63,627 nucleotides of DNA, filler included, from Octopus bimaculoides (GCF_001194135.2; 11 parts of 11 records of this genome joined end to end with filler, not necessarily neighbours in it), one strand, 5' to 3'. Counted from the first letter of the whole stretch, positions 39,893-54,140 are shown. A program made the numbers and translations. The notes: generated by a model from the sequence alone, not told the origin.

Positions 39893-40672
39893 CGAAAAAC
39901 TACTTGAACTCTTTTTCCTAAATCACTATAATAGGTACTTCCTTGCGTATATATTTCACTGCAAACAGCCGTTGGCAAATGTTCTCAGTCATTTGCCAAT
40001 AGAGCAGAATAAGCGTTCGGATATATAGACATTAATAATTTTGCTTGAAACATTACGTGTACAGGTTCCGTAAAAATGCCCACCTCCTCTGTAAGCTGAT
40101 GTTCATAGCTTATGTCCACCTAGGAACTCAACCTAATTGATAAAAGGTCCATAGGAGATATAAACAATTGAGCTTTTTGTGGCAACAATGCGATCCGAAA
40201 TTAGGTTATTATAGTTTTGTTAGTTCTGAAACACACTACATTAAAATGTATTTGTTAACTGTAGACAAAAGTGAAAGCTTTTAACACAATTTCAAATGTG
40301 ACCATGCATAACATTGATTTATGTAACACAGCTTATTCTCTAAAGTGAAATCTTCCAAAATATAGATTTTAAGAAACAGTCTAAATAAATAAAAACTAAG
40401 AACATGGCGGAAAAAGTGTATCATATTTTGATGACTCAAAAAAACTATTTCCTTTGTCTCTTTTGTTTGAAAATGGCGTTTGTTCCATAACTAACAAACA
40501 TTGTAAAAATTCATTAAAAAAGGACGAAAAATGTCCTTTTGTTTCTACATTTCTATTTTGTATTATCCGCTAATCCGTCTTACCTATCTAATTTACTCTT
40601 TCTTTGTCGATCTCTCTTACTAACATTCTTCTCACTCCGTATATCAACATCTTTTCTCTCTCTCTTTCTCTG

Positions 40673-40706
<34 letters not shown>

Positions 40707-40739
40707 TCTTTCTCTGTCTCTGTCTCTCTCTGTCTCTCG

Positions 40740-40777
<38 letters not shown>

Positions 40778-41209
40778 GTCTCTGTCTCTGTCTCTCTCTC
40801 TGTATTAAAATATGTACTAATATGTATACACACACACAAAGGCACACGCACACACACACAAACACACACTCACACACACACGCATATATATGTTTGTAGA
40901 TAGTAAGGTACTACCCCAAAGCGATTACCGGTTTACTCTCAGTTAGGTATTCAGAATAGGTTATTCAACAGTTAACATATAAATCCAATAAAGTTCTTAT
41001 AAGATAAGAAAGTAGAGGTATATTCCGTTGGATAATTCTGAATATATTCCCTTAACCATATAGGTTTCCTGGAGTATATAATATCAATAATAATAATAAT
41101 AATAATAATAATAAGGATTACTACGAAGTTGCATAGCATTGTCTTTAGTTCTTTAATTTATATATAGCTTTACAAAGACCAACACATGTTTCAACCTTAC
41201 TATAAAACC

Positions 41210-41768
41210 GGTGCAGTTACTTTAGGGTCTTCATTTGATATCCTTCGATCGGACCGTTTAAAGATTTTCTTATATCTACTTTGCGTTATGTGATGTAGAG
41301 CCGTTCATTAAGTTAGACGCGAACACTCTAATTTCAAGTTTTTATAGGATAATCATTTATATTCCATTATTTCAAAACCTTGTATTGTTTAAATAATTGT
41401 TATTCATTTATACTTGGCAAATGTGATTTTCCTCATGTACAATCATATAGACCTGGAACCAATAGATTTTACCTGTTTAGAAGAATGTTACCTGATTTTT
41501 ACATCCAAGAGTAATGTAATAAATTTATAGAGAGGAACAAGCATTGAGATGCTTGCACATGAGGAAAGTCACATTTGCCACGTATAGATGAATAATAAGC
41601 ATTTAAACAATAGAAAGTTTTGAAATAATGGACTATAAAGGATTATCCAATAAAAAAATTGAAATGAGATTGTTCGCGAATACATCATACAACGCAGAGT
41701 AGATAGAATAAAATCTTTAAAAGGTCAAATCGAAGGATATCAAGTAAAGACCCTGAAGAAACTGCACC
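41210..41768. repeat. Nested inverted repeats: outer arms 41210-41326 / 41671-41768, inner TA-flanked MITE ~41409-41586
   Basis: Inner TIR TGGCAAATGTGATTTTCCTCATGTACAA / TTGCACATGAGGAAAGTCACATTTGCCA; outer GGTGCAGTTACTTTAGGGTCTT..GATATCCTTCGAT / ATCGAAGGATATC..AAGACCCTGAAGAAACTGCACC. Confidence 0.85.
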
Positions 41769-42169
41769 AGTAGGCAGCTTCTATACATGACAAAAGATGG
41801 ACAATACACGATAAAAGGAGTTTATTAACTTCGTAAGTTACACACTTCGTTTCATCTTGAAATCAAAGGAAATTTCTATAAGCTGACAATCACCATACAT
41901 AGGTTGTTTGATACGTGTATGTATTGCTAAATTTATATGTATTTTAGAGTGGAAGTTTTTTTTTAATCGGATATATCTAGTTAAATATATTATTTTTCTT
42001 TGCCACTAATTATTTACTCTGAGTATTCAGCTTTTATCCTTCTACATAAGCTATTTTTGATTTAAAGTTTTCTTCGATTTTTGTAATGATATGATTTTGA
42101 ACCGCAATTGTAATTTCATGCAACCGGTTATTGAAAAGACCGTTAGTTGAAAGGACCAACGAAACAAAA

Positions 42170-42350
42170 CCATTTACAAATGTGTATCTATCAAAGTAAT
42201 TGTATATTTATGCATATAACCTTATTTTGTTCCATTCGAAACAAAACTGTCCGACGAACGGCAACTTGAAACTATGAATAACAGTTTTTGCGATATTTTT
42301 GCTGCTTTTTAATAAAGCACATTACTCTACCCACCGTATCCGACTACTAA
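42170..42350. mobile_element. Half copy of the palindromic MITE seen at 51.7-52.0 kb
   Basis: CATATAACCTT..TTTGTTCCATT...AAAACTGTCC.ACGAAC is shared with 51915-52040. Confidence 0.7.
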
Positions 42351-42455
42351 TGTTTCCATTTTATTTTGCATTTATGTGCTTACTCTAGTACGTATGTATA
42401 TATATATATATATATATACACATATGCACACACACACACACGTATAAATAGATAT

Positions 42456-42500
<45 letters not shown>

Positions 42501-43941
42501 TATGCATACATTCTAAATTGTAGCGCTATTTTAAATAACACCGTAGGTTTTCATTATAACAATGAAAGACATGCTTTAGTAGTGATATGAGTACAAATGA
42601 ATGCATTAAACTGCACGAATTCCAGAGACTCTCTGCATTTCCCCAATCACCGGAAAACTTACGACAGCATCACACAATATGATGTTCTATATTGTGATCT
42701 AAATTAATGATAAAATCAGAAAACAAGTATAATTAAGATGTAATGTTATGAAATTATGAATCACGTCAAATTAATGTTATAAAATTATGAAACAAGCTGA
42801 ATGCTGTAAAATTATTGAACAGGTTAAATTATTGTAATAAAATTTATAAATTAGTTTAAATTAATGTTATAAAATTATGAAAGAGATTAAATTAATCAAT
42901 TTCTTTCTGGCATACACAAATCTACTCACCATGAATTCTTTTGAAATGTAGCGTGGGAAATATGAAAGTAGAGGTTATATCTAGGAAGGATTGTCCATGA
43001 TGCGCTGCTTTCTTGTACCTTCACTACTTTTAGAAGAACTCCTCGAAAGTTGCTTACATTTTCTTGAGATTTCATGTCCATATACCTTCTTTTGTTTTGA
43101 TACTGGACTCACAGCCAGGGCCATTCGCCATAAATTATGCCAACATAATCTTACAGAAAATTAATAGGGAAAATTATTTCTGATGGTACTGGCTCTGGAT
43201 TAGGTTAATCGGACTCATTTTAGAGGTGTTTCTGTGCCAACTTCTGGACCGGTTCGATGGATAAACATTTACAATGAGACTTTATGGATACCATCAAATC
43301 TTCTGCATAGACTGGCATGTCGAAACAATTTATGACTTTTGGTACAATTCCTTATTTAAAAAATCCCAAGTGATTGTATATCTGTAGCCTTCATGTCTTC
43401 CAGTTTTCATGCAGTACTCATTTACTTTGTACAAGGATCATTTTCCTTCATCCTATACTAGTCCTGATAGTTTATCTTGATAGTTTATCTTGATAGTTTA
43501 TCTTGGCTTCGCGAGTAATAGTTTATCTTGGCTTCACGAGTAATAAGGCTTTGATTTTAAAGCTCACATCTCGATCAGTGGGGTGGAGTAAGGAATTGGA
43601 GTAGATAAGATGCTTCGATAGGAATGCAAATCTCAAGTAGGTTAATACTTAGAAATTATCCTGGAACATTGTGAATAATCAAAATTACATTAGCTTCAAG
43701 GTTATATTATGCGCAGTATATTGTTCCTCACAGTGGGAATAATTGTATTGTCATTCAGCAGTTTTTTATCACAGAATGTTGCAATTTCAGTATTCTTCCC
43801 ACTGGTCGCAGTTATTCTCAACGGTGTACTAGGATTGGTTTCAATATCGAGGATTATGAAGAATCATCAATAAGTAATAGGGCTCAAGGATCTTATTCAA
43901 GCCTTGAACAAACAAGATTTTTTTCTTTCTTATATATATAT

Positions 43942-44306
43942 AAAAAAGGTCAAGGTAGAAAAGGCTAAAATAGTTTTATAAAAAGACATTTCAGTACCGA
44001 TTTCGGTCATTGAGACTTTTTCAACTGTAAGTATGGAAAACAATTAAATTTTGAAAAAATTAAATGAAAAGTTTTTAAAAGAATATTTGCATAGTATTCA
44101 AATACAAGGAGCATTTTCCTTGTTTCTGCCTGTCTCTGTTTCTCTTGTGGGTTCGACACAAAAAAACTTTTAAAAAAACCATTCATTTAATTTTTCCAAA
44201 ATTTAATTGTTTTCTATACTTAGAGTTGAAAAAGTCTCAATGACCGAAACTTGAGGTGAAATGTTTTTTATAATATTATTTTAGCATTTTCTACCTTGAC
44301 TTTTTT
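43942..44306. mobile_element. Foldback MITE (~140 bp arms) in (TA)n
   Basis: AAAAAAGGTCAAGGTAGAAAAGGCTAAAATA...TTTCGGTCATTGAGACTTTTTCAACT vs AGTTGAAAAAGTCTCAATGACCGAAA...TATTTTAGCATTTTCTACCTTGACTTTTTT. Confidence 0.9.
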
Positions 44307-44313
44307 CCATATC

Positions 44314-44349
<36 letters not shown>

Positions 44350-44457
44350 ATAGACACACACAATTGCACACACAAACATATGTACATATAATCCAATGGT
44401 GACAAAACGCTACTACAATACGTACTATTACCTGAATATGTTTATGTTTGCGTTCAT

Positions 44458-44499
<42 letters not shown>

Positions 44500-45195
44500 T
44501 ACATACGTATCTATACTTATATGCATATATACTTATATACATATATATTTATATATATACATATTTATATGCATATATATAGTTATATATATATGCATAC
44601 TTATATGTATATATATATATATGCATATATATATATATATATATAATCATAAAATCACACACACTTCCAAACATACATATCCATGTATATACATGTGTGT
44701 GGTGTACTTGCATGTATGTGTTTATGTATGTAAATACTGAAATACATAAAATCCACCTCAATTCAGTTATACGTTAACTGACATTCAATTGAAAGCAGAA
44801 ATTGTAATACTTCGGAAGATTTCACTTTCTATGTTCAAAATATTTTGCCTTTCAATTCAAACAGGTTCCTTCCAAATGATGTTAGTAAATTGTCATCACT
44901 GGTGTATGACGTCAAGTCTAACTTTATTAGTAACTATTGTTTGCTATTTTTAGTTGTCTCTACCGATGTCTGTGCCATTTGTATACGTACATGTCATTAT
45001 TAACACACTAATCAACAACATTCTAATAAGTATAACAGTGAATGCGCACAACTTTATAAATCTTAACGCTTATATATACATATATATATATATATATANN
45101 NNNNNNNNATATATATGTATATATATATATGTATATATATATGTATATATATATGTAGGTATATATGTATATGTATGTATATATATATATGTGTA

Positions 45196-45232
<37 letters not shown>

Positions 45233-45373
45233 GTATGTATGTGTATATATATGTATTTATATATCTGTATATATCTACGTATATATATATATGTATATAT
45301 ATGTATGTAAATATATATATGTATCTATATATATATGTATGTTTATATATATATATGTATGTATATATGTATG

Positions 45374-45446
<73 letters not shown>

Positions 45447-45461
45447 GTGTGTATATATATA

Positions 45462-45492
<31 letters not shown>

Positions 45493-45589
45493 GTATGTGT
45501 ATATGCATCTATATGTGTATGTATGTGTATATGCATCTATATGTGTATGTATGTGTATGTATATGTATGAATATGTATGTATACATATG

Positions 45590-45925
45590 TAAGTGTGTTT
45601 CTCAAAGACACAAGCTAGCACTCGGTCCACGATTCAAGACCACGACTTCATGATCATGAGTCTAACACTAATCACTAAGATGCGTGCCCTTGCCACTCGA
45701 TATAATAGTTTTAAATTTTGCCACAAGACGAATAATTTTAAAGGAGGTAGTCAATTGTTTACATCGACTCCAATGTTTAACTGGTAACTATTTTATCGTT
45801 CCTGAAAGGATAAAAGACCAGGCCGACCACGGCGGAATTGGAACCCGGAACGTAAAGACCCGGAAGAAATGCCACTAAGCATTGTGTCCGATTCGCTAAC
45901 GATGATTCTACTAGCTCACCGCTTT
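45590..45925 (-). mobile_element. SINE family C-like head remnant (45590-45700) plus SINE family A (45740-45925)
   Basis: Minus strand CTTAGTGATTAGTGTTAGACTCATGATC...GTCTTGAATCG; plus strand CTGGTAACTATTTTATCG...GGCGGAATTGGAAC...GAAATGCCACTAAGCATT. Confidence 0.7.
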
Positions 45926-47689
45926 ATAGCTCCGGATAATATACGAAGCTGTTAGTTACTGCACAGGGAAAGAGTCATTGTACGCGCGTGTAGTCACTAC
46001 AAAAAGGAATGCCACCTATACACGGAAATAGTGACCGTACAAGGAAATAGTAACGGTACAATGAATAGTAACTGTAAAAGGAAATAGTATTACACAAGGA
46101 AATAGAACAAAGAGAAAATTAAAGAATAATTAAAATAATCTTAATACATTTTGATGAAAGATAAACGTTATCTTGTACTTTTTCAACTCAAAGCAAAGAT
46201 TTTTTTTTTTACTTAAAAGCTAACTGGTCGATTAATCCTCAATGAATTACTTAGGCACCTTGTTCAATAGAAACTGCTGGAATAAAATTACTCTCCTTTA
46301 CCTCCAGTTTTGTTCTATAAGTATCATTTATGTCGTGTCTGAAGATATTAAGACTTTAAGGCCACTGAAAATAGAAAACAAAAACAAAGTGAGTGGTGAA
46401 TATGTATCTGAATAGTAAAGAAAGAGAAATATTGAAAGATTGTTTATATGTAAATTAATGAATTAAATAACAAGTGAATAATCAATAAAAATTAAAGTGC
46501 TAATGAATAAAAATGTAAATATAACTATTCCTTCTATATAATTCAGTTAAAAATATAAAATAACTATTACGTCTATATAATTGTGTTAATTAAGAAATTA
46601 TAAAAGTAATAAAAGTATGCACACACACACACACACATATATATAAATATATATGGATATACAGGCATTCAAATCCTCATGTACGCAACTAAATACATTC
46701 ATATATAAATTATACTCGCTCGCACACTTGTATCAACATTTCCGCGTGTGTACGTATGCATACGCACACAGAACAGAGATATCCATACGCAAAAAATGCA
46801 CACGGGCCTTACATTAATTCATGAGTGAGTGTGGTGGAGGGGAGCTGGCCTGAATGCGTATGTGTATGTGTGTCTGTGTGCCAATATGATTTTCTGAATC
46901 ACTTTTAACATCATTGCTTATGTCTGATATTTTTATGAATCTTGTTGCTGCTTCTTCTTGCATGTATTTAAATATTTAAACTAACTTTTGCTCTCTATGC
47001 TCGTTTCATTGACTGATCAAGCGCAATTCATATCAAAACGATTTTATTCATTCAGGAAGAAAAAAATATAGATGACCTCACTACAACATTGTAATTAAAA
47101 TTTGTTCCTTTTGGTTATATTACACATAAAGCTGTAAAATAATTGTTACTTATAAATGTTGACATCTATGGCAGAATTACATACATTATGTATACATTAA
47201 TGTATATATTAATATCATATTGCAATATTGCAAATTAACAGCGCATATAATTATGTGGTATGCTTAATTATGTAACAAAATGAACAACGTTTCAATTTTA
47301 ATTCAAATAACTAATATGTATATATATGTATATATACATATANNNNNNNNNNNNNNNNNNNNNNNNNNNNNNNNNNNNNNNNNNNNTTAATTAATTAANN
47401 NNNNNNNNNNNNNNNNNNNNNNNNNNNNNNNNNNNNNNNNNNTCTGGGAAATGTATAACTGCTGTCATTCACAGAAAAACTATTGTTTTACCCTGAGAAA
47501 AGCGTTGTGGAAGTGTTAAGTGAAATTTGGCAATGAAGGATCGAATTGACACTATACCTGCATGAAGCCACTACAAATACATTGTGGAAAAAAAAATTCA
47601 AAACTGGGAGTAGTGGAATGCAGAATTAGGTTGGCTGATCATGAGAATCAAATATTGATCGCTTCGCTAAAATCTGCAGGTGGTATGGG

Positions 47690-48110
47690 TTTTTTCCCTT
47701 GGGTTGTTTAAATAGAATATTAGTAATATATAGTAGATATAAGGAACCATTGGAAGGGCCCTATTATCGATATTTTTCAACAATCTATGTCACAAGGTTT
47801 CCAGACATGAGTTCCACTCACATGTCAAACAAAGGATAAAAGTGATATTGCCTGCAACAATTAGAAATAGGACACAAAAAATCAATACTCAAAGTAATCG
47901 AACCTGAACAATGAAATGGGTTATTTCCCTTGAGTGTTTGAAAGAAAATGTTGTACATATGATATTGGTTATTTCCCTTGGGTGTTTAAAAAAAATCAGT
48001 TATATGAGGTAGATATAAAAGGTCCCTTCAGGGGTCGTATTATCGATCTTTTTCAACAATCTAAGTATGTCACAAGGTTTTCAGACATGAGTTCTATTCA
48101 CGTGTCAAGT
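47690..48110. repeat. Local direct duplication (~130-150 bp shared, ~290 bp offset)
   Basis: TTTTTCAACAATCTA..TGTCACAAGGTTT.CAGACATGAGTTC occurs near 47773 and 48049, each preceded by TTTCCCTTGGG..GTTTAAA and TAGATATAA...TATTATCGAT. Confidence 0.8.
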
Positions 48111-48985
48111 TTCATCAAAATCAATAAAACGATGTAGGAGTAGTTAGCTAACAATGCCACAAGCAAACACGACGATTTTCCACATATGTAGTATATATNN
48201 NNNNNNNNNNNNNNNNNNNNNNNNNNNNNNNNNNNNNNNNNNNNNNNNNNNNNNNNNNNNNNNNNNNNNNNNNNNNNNNNNNNNNNNNNNNNNNNNNNNN
48301 NNNNNNNNNNNNNNNNNNNNNNNNNNNNNNNNNNNNNNNNNNNNNNNNNNNNNNNNNNNNNNNNNNNNNNNNNNNNNNNNNNNNNNNNNNNNNNNNNNNN
48401 NNNNNNNNNNNNNNNNNNNNNNNNNNNNNNNNNNNNNNNNNNNNNNNNNNNNNNNNNNNNNNNNNNNNNNNNNNNNNNNNNNNNNNNNNNNNNNNNNNNN
48501 NNNNNNNNNNNNNNNNNNNNNNNNNNNNNNNNNNNNNNNNNNNNNNNNNNNNNNNNNNNNNNNNNNNNNNNNNNNNNNNNNNNNNNNNNNNNNNNNNNNN
48601 NNNNNNNNNNNNNNNNNNNNNNNNNNNNNNNNNNNNNNNNNNNNNNNNNNNNNNNNNNNNNNNNNNNNNNNNNNNNNNNNNNNNNNNNNNNNNNNNNNNN
48701 NNNNNNNNNNNNNNNNNNNNNNNNNNNNNNNNNNNNNNNNNNNNNNNNNNNNNNNNNNNNNNNNNNNNNNNNNNNNNNNNNNNNNNNNNNNNNNNNNNNN
48801 NNNNNNNNNNNNNNNNNNNNNNNNNNNNNNNNNNNNNNNNNNNNNNNNNNNNNNNNNNNNNNNNNNNNNNNNNNNNNNNNNNNNNNNNNNNNNNNNNNNN
48901 NNNNNNNNNNNNNNNNNNNNNNNNNNNNNNNNNNNNNNNNNNNNNNNNNNNNNNNNNNNNNNNNNNNATATATATTCATATACAT

Positions 48986-49024
<39 letters not shown>

Positions 49025-49484
49025 AACTCCAGATTTACGTGAAATATTTTGTATAATATATATAAATAAATAAATGGAGCTAAATGCAGGTGTTATTCAA
49101 ATTCTACTTCTGACACATGTTTCAAATATATCACTGGTATCATTCCAAAGGAATAAAATGGTGTAAAACAGTGTAATCTTCTCTTCAGGGAAATGAAGAA
49201 ATGAAACTCATCAATAAGACATTTTAACAGAATATGATGGATATGTATAATGCTTAACTGAACGCTATTAAGTTTCTTTTTAAAAAAAGTTATAGGATAT
49301 AATGTCAAAAGTAGCCTATAGAAAGAGGAGGGGTAAAGGAAAGAAAAAAACAAATAAAAGAGAAATATATAACGATATGTAAATTAAATAAAACCCTATA
49401 GTCTTGGAAAAAGATATATTTAGTGAATGTGAAATGTAAAAAGAAAATTAATGTTTAAATTATATATAATGATAGATATCACTT

Positions 49485-49835
49485 ATATGAACTAAAGATG
49501 TGTTTCTGCCAATGTTTACATCAGTATGCATGCTCTATAACCATGTTTACAAGGGGATTTTTAGAAAAAAGAATAAAAGATAGTTCAGAATTACAGAGAA
49601 GACAGAATTCCTTGCCTTTATCATAAGCTATCAAAATTGAGAAAATCAACCAATCTAAATTAAATTGTTTATTGTGGTCTTTAAGATACCAAATTAATTG
49701 ACTAAGCCCTGTACTGTTACATTTATTCTTATCCCTAAATGTAGAGTAATGATTAGAAATTCTTTTAGAAGATGAGCTGCCTATATAAAAAAAATACTTC
49801 ATTACTAATTCTACACTGGTATATAGAATTTTCAA
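49485..49835 (-). mobile_element. Penelope-like GIY-YIG endonuclease remnant; AT-rich sequence up to ~51200 may be the decayed remainder
   Basis: ILYTSVEL..KYFFYIGSSSSKRISNHYSTFRDKNKCNSTGLSQLIWYLKD...WLIF...YDKGKEFCLLCNSELSFIL...N..IEHAY*CKH; same family as 4308-4600. Confidence 0.88.
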
Positions 49836-51358
49836 TTTTAGAGTTACTTGACATAAACTTAATAATATTAATTTCTTAAACCTATAATATAACCCTTAGT
49901 TTAAAAAAAAAATATTAGTGTAAAATTAGAATGTCCTATAACTTAAATATTCTTTTAGCTAATACCAGGTCTTTTATTGATACTAGCTAAATAAGTAAAT
50001 ACATAATTTTTACTCTAATATTTTGAATTATTATATATTTTCTATAAATCTTCTCTATTGTTGTTAACAAGCTACATATACTTTATCATGTTTTTAGTGA
50101 TTAAGCTATTTTATTCTTTTCTATGGTGTTCTGCCCTATCTGATTATTTTATTATTTTATAATTAGCCGTTATCTATTTATAAAATAAATCTAATTTTTA
50201 TACATCTATAAATTCATACTTAGCTTATATAAAACAATACTGGTATATTCACTACTTATAATAAACTGCTTAGTTTATAATTTAATTAATATATAGTTAG
50301 CATGTTCTTTTACCTCAGTACTCCTTTATTAAATAACAGTATATACCAATCAATAAATATTCACAGATACCATCTGATGAATTAGTATTTAAGTATATAC
50401 TATGTATAAATATTAAAGTATTTCTGGAGAATTTCTTTTCCTCCCTTTATTGTGGTAAAAGTTTGGTATGTACTCAAAAGTATTCAAAAATTTTTTATAC
50501 TTTTGTTATAATATTCTTCTTAATAATCCTTTGATTAGCCCTAAATTTTAACTGTATACAATATAGCAACATTGTTTAAAATATTTAACTATAGTACTAC
50601 ATGATAAGATTTCCCCTGTTTCATTATCAATGGTTTGTTAGTGGCCGCCCCCTTAATTGTCAGCTAATTAATCTAGCTATGATGGTACCCATATTGGTCT
50701 GCTAGTGGCTAGCTCCCTTAATTGTCAGCTAACATTTTGATTTAAGTTTTTCCTTTACCAAATCTCATGATATTGCTTCTAATAAATCTTGATTTTTTAT
50801 GACTATACCCACTATGATTTCTGTTGACTCTCTACCCCTAACAGACACTACCCCTTGTTCTCTCGGCCTTAAATATACAAGGATTCGATAAACTAGTCTA
50901 TAAATTAAAACTAACTCCATAAAACTGACAAGCAAAATCTGTAACAAGTCTTTCTTCCTGATAGCTTAGTAACTTCTGAGCTGAAGTGAAGGCAACATGT
51001 TCTTTGTCTATCTCCTTAACTTCTTGGAGATTTTAAGTAAAATTATACTAATGTATCCATCTGTTCTAATTTAATTAAATTCTATGTCTTTGTGCAGCTG
51101 AGAATTGCTCTGCATTTAAATAGATGTAATGGTTGTATTGTTCAATTAAATGGAGTTGCATGAAACGATCGTACTGCATTACCTCTGGATATCCTTGTTG
51201 CCTATTTTAATACATATATATTGTTAGATATTTATNNNNNNNNNNNNNNNNNNNNNNNNNNNNNNNNNNNNNNNNNNNNTTAATTAATTAANNNNNNNNN
51301 NNNNNNNNNNNNNNNNNNNNNNNNNNNNNNNNNNNTATACATGTATATATATTCTTTG

Positions 51359-51403
<45 letters not shown>

Positions 51404-51739
51404 GTGTGTGTATGTACATTCTATGTATATATATATATATACGCACGCGCAAACACACGCAAATACACACACACACACACACACACACACACTCGATGGG
51501 CTTCTTTCAGTTTCCGTGTACGAAAATCTCTCATAAGGCTTTCGTTGGCCCAAGTCTAAAGTACTAAAGTGGGAAACATTTGCCCATATATACATATATA
51601 TACACACGCACACACACACACACACACATATATATATACATATATACATACATACATTCATACATACATACATACATACATACAAACAAACATACAAGAG
51701 TTAGCACGTAAATGTGAAACAAGGTGGAAGAAAAAAACA

Positions 51740-52043
51740 GTACCGGAATACCAGAGGTAGAGCGATATGCTTTATTATTATTTAAGCTGTAAAAGCATCG
51801 CAAATATATCCAAAAAAAAGTCTGCTACTCAGAGTCTCACGTTCCTGTTTGTCGGACAGTTTTGGTTGAGAATGGAACAAAAATTAAGGATGTATGTACA
51901 AATTGTATATCTATACATATAACCTTCATTTTATTTGTTCCATTCTCAAACGAAAACTGTCCAACGAACAGGTACGTGAGACTCTCAGTAGCAGTTTTTG
52001 GGGGATATTTTTGTGATGTTTCTACAGCTTTAATAATAATAAA
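51740..52043. mobile_element. Palindromic MITE (~125 bp arms, ~15 nt loop)
   Basis: CTGCTACTCAGAGTCTCACGTTCCTGTTTGTCGGACAGTTTT..TTGAGAATGGAACAAA vs TTTGTTCCATTCTCAA..AAAACTGTCCAACGAACAGGTACGTGAGACTCTCAGTAGCAG. Confidence 0.9.
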
Positions 52044-52045
52044 AT

Positions 52046-52105
<60 letters not shown>

Positions 52106-52366
52106 NNNNNNNNNNNNNNNNNNNNNNNNNNNNNNNNNNNNNNNNNNNNNNNNNNNNNNNNNNNNNNNNNNNNNNNNNNNNNNNNNNNNNNNNNNNNNNN
52201 NNNNNNNNNNNNNNNNNNNNNNNNNNNNNNNNNNNNNNNNNNNNNNNNNNNNNNNNNNNNNNNNNNNNNNNNNNNNNNNNNNNNNNNNNNNNNNNNNNNN
52301 NNNNNNNNNNNNNNNNNNNNNNNNNNNNNNNNNNNNNNNNNNNNNNNNNNNNNNNNNNNNNNNNNN

Positions 52367-52429
<63 letters not shown>

Positions 52430-52604
52430 GTATACATACATACAAACTTGTTACCAGTTCAAATATGCTTGAGGCATATTCAAACCTGTAAGAAAACCAT
52501 TCACTGTAGTTTGTAACGAAGGACATTTCTCACTGTAGACAAATAGGTGTAAACACACCAAGTCAGTCCAAAGTGCCCTCTAACCAGATTGATGGATGGA
52601 TTAC

Positions 52605-52797
52605 AGGCAAGTTCACTGCCATCAATTCACTTTGAAGAAAGTTCACTGTGATTAAAGTTGACTGCAAGAAAAGTTTACAAAGAAAATATATCCATAATAT
52701 CTCACCATTAATAGTTGAAAAGTATTTTATTAATAAAAACAGTGACTTGATGACAGTAAACTTTCCCTGTGATGAATTGATGACAGTGAACTTACCA
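52605..52797. mobile_element. Small MITE with repeated subterminal motifs
   Basis: GGCAAGTTCACTGCCATCAATTCA vs TGAATTGATGACAGTGAACTTACC; the AAGTTCACTG-like motif is reiterated in both arms. Confidence 0.75.
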
Positions 52798-53509
52798 GAC
52801 ATGAGATGGATGCACGCATTTCAGAGTGGTTATCTCCTCTTCAGCATCAGGCATTAGAAAGGGGAATACGACAAACTGAAAAGAGATGGATGTCTTTCGT
52901 TATATTCCTGTCACACATTCATGCAAAACATTAACTTGGATGCAGTTTCTGTAGTGCCGACAGTCATTGACAGCCCTGTGGGAGTGGAAGAATGGACTAG
53001 CTGAACTCTTATAAAAAGTAGCATATTGGTTGAAATGTAAGAAGGTTGTAGAAGTTGTTGAGAGTTCATGGAAGTCGTAGGAAGTGGTTGAGAGTTTGTA
53101 TTTATTGGAGTATCGTGTTAGTGGAGTAATTTGAAGTACGTCGTGTGAAGACAGTTGTGTCTATCCTTGCTTCATGAAATCTATATATCCAACGTATAGA
53201 AGGATACAAAAGTTTCCATTCAAGGGACACTTTTTCTTTAGTTTGAAATTACATCAATATTCTGGTGGATGAGTTGTTGATAATAGTATAGGAGGTCCAT
53301 TATCTGCAGTTCCTAGACAAGGTACGGTGAGATGACTGGCATTAGTGTCTGGCTCGGTTATGGAGTTGGTTGTAGTATGAGAGTCAGTAGCAGTGAGAAC
53401 TACACCAAACTGCCCATTGGAAGGCTCAGTCTCAGCTTTGATTTCTCTGTAAGCTGTAGCACTGGACTTGGAGAATAAGGTTTCAGTATATATCAGATCA
53501 GCAAGGCGG

Positions 53510-53725
53510 CAAAGTGGCAGGATTGTTAGTACACCAGGCAAAATGCTTAGTGGTATTTCACTCATCTTTGCATTGTGAGTTCAAATTCCTCTGAGGTTGA
53601 CTTTGCCTTTCATCCTTTCGGGGCCGATGAAATAAGAACCAGCTGAGCCACTGGGGTCAATGGAATCGATTTACCCCTCTCACAAAATTGCTCGCCTTGT
53701 GCCAAAATTTGAAACCTATATATTT
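53510..53725 (+). mobile_element. SINE family A
   Basis: GCAGGATTGTTAGTACACCAGGCAAAATGCTTAGTGGTATTTC...GAGTTCAAATTCC..TGAGGTTGACTTTGCCTTTCATCCTTTCGGGG. Confidence 0.88.
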
Positions 53726-53729
53726 TAGA

Positions 53730-54140
53730 TCATTACAGGAAGTTAGTGTTAAACGAGATAATGAAAGAGAAATCAATTAGTAAAAGAATTAATTATGATT
53801 CAGTTTTGTACATGGAAGAAGGGCTGTTGATGCGATTTTCCTTGTGAGAGAATTGCAAGAGAAGCACTTAACCAAGCATAAGGGTCTATCTCTGGCATTT
53901 ATTAATCTAGGGAAACCATTTGCCAGTGATCCCTGATTAGTTATCCAGTGATTGCTCAAAATTGCTGAAGCTTGGAATAAACTACCCACATCAGTCATTA
54001 GCTGTTGGGTCACTACATCCGTCAAGACTTCCATGTCCCTTTTTCTCTTCACAACTCATTCACTGTTCACTTCCTGTGCATTATTCCATCCACTCTTCAT
54101 GCCCTTTTGGTTACCTTTTCTGGTGAGTTGCAGTGCACCT
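53730..54140 (+). mobile_element. Adjacent LINE scraps: RTE RT fragment (~53730-53925) and CR1-like 3' end (~53955-54140)
   Basis: GRRAVDAIFLVRELQEKHLTKHKGLSLAFINLGKPF, then KIAEAWNKLPTSVISC..TTSVKTSM plus a 3' UTR. Confidence 0.75.

Noticed and set aside
44291-45653. YI/CV/HT-repeat ORFs
   Set aside because: (TA)n/(TG)n/(TATG)n microsatellite translations in all frames.
46020-46110. ~19-bp tandem GAAATAGTAAC.GTACAAG; also the 13/25-bp tandem at 43465-43545
   Set aside because: Short ordinary minisatellites without unique spacers; not CRISPR-like.
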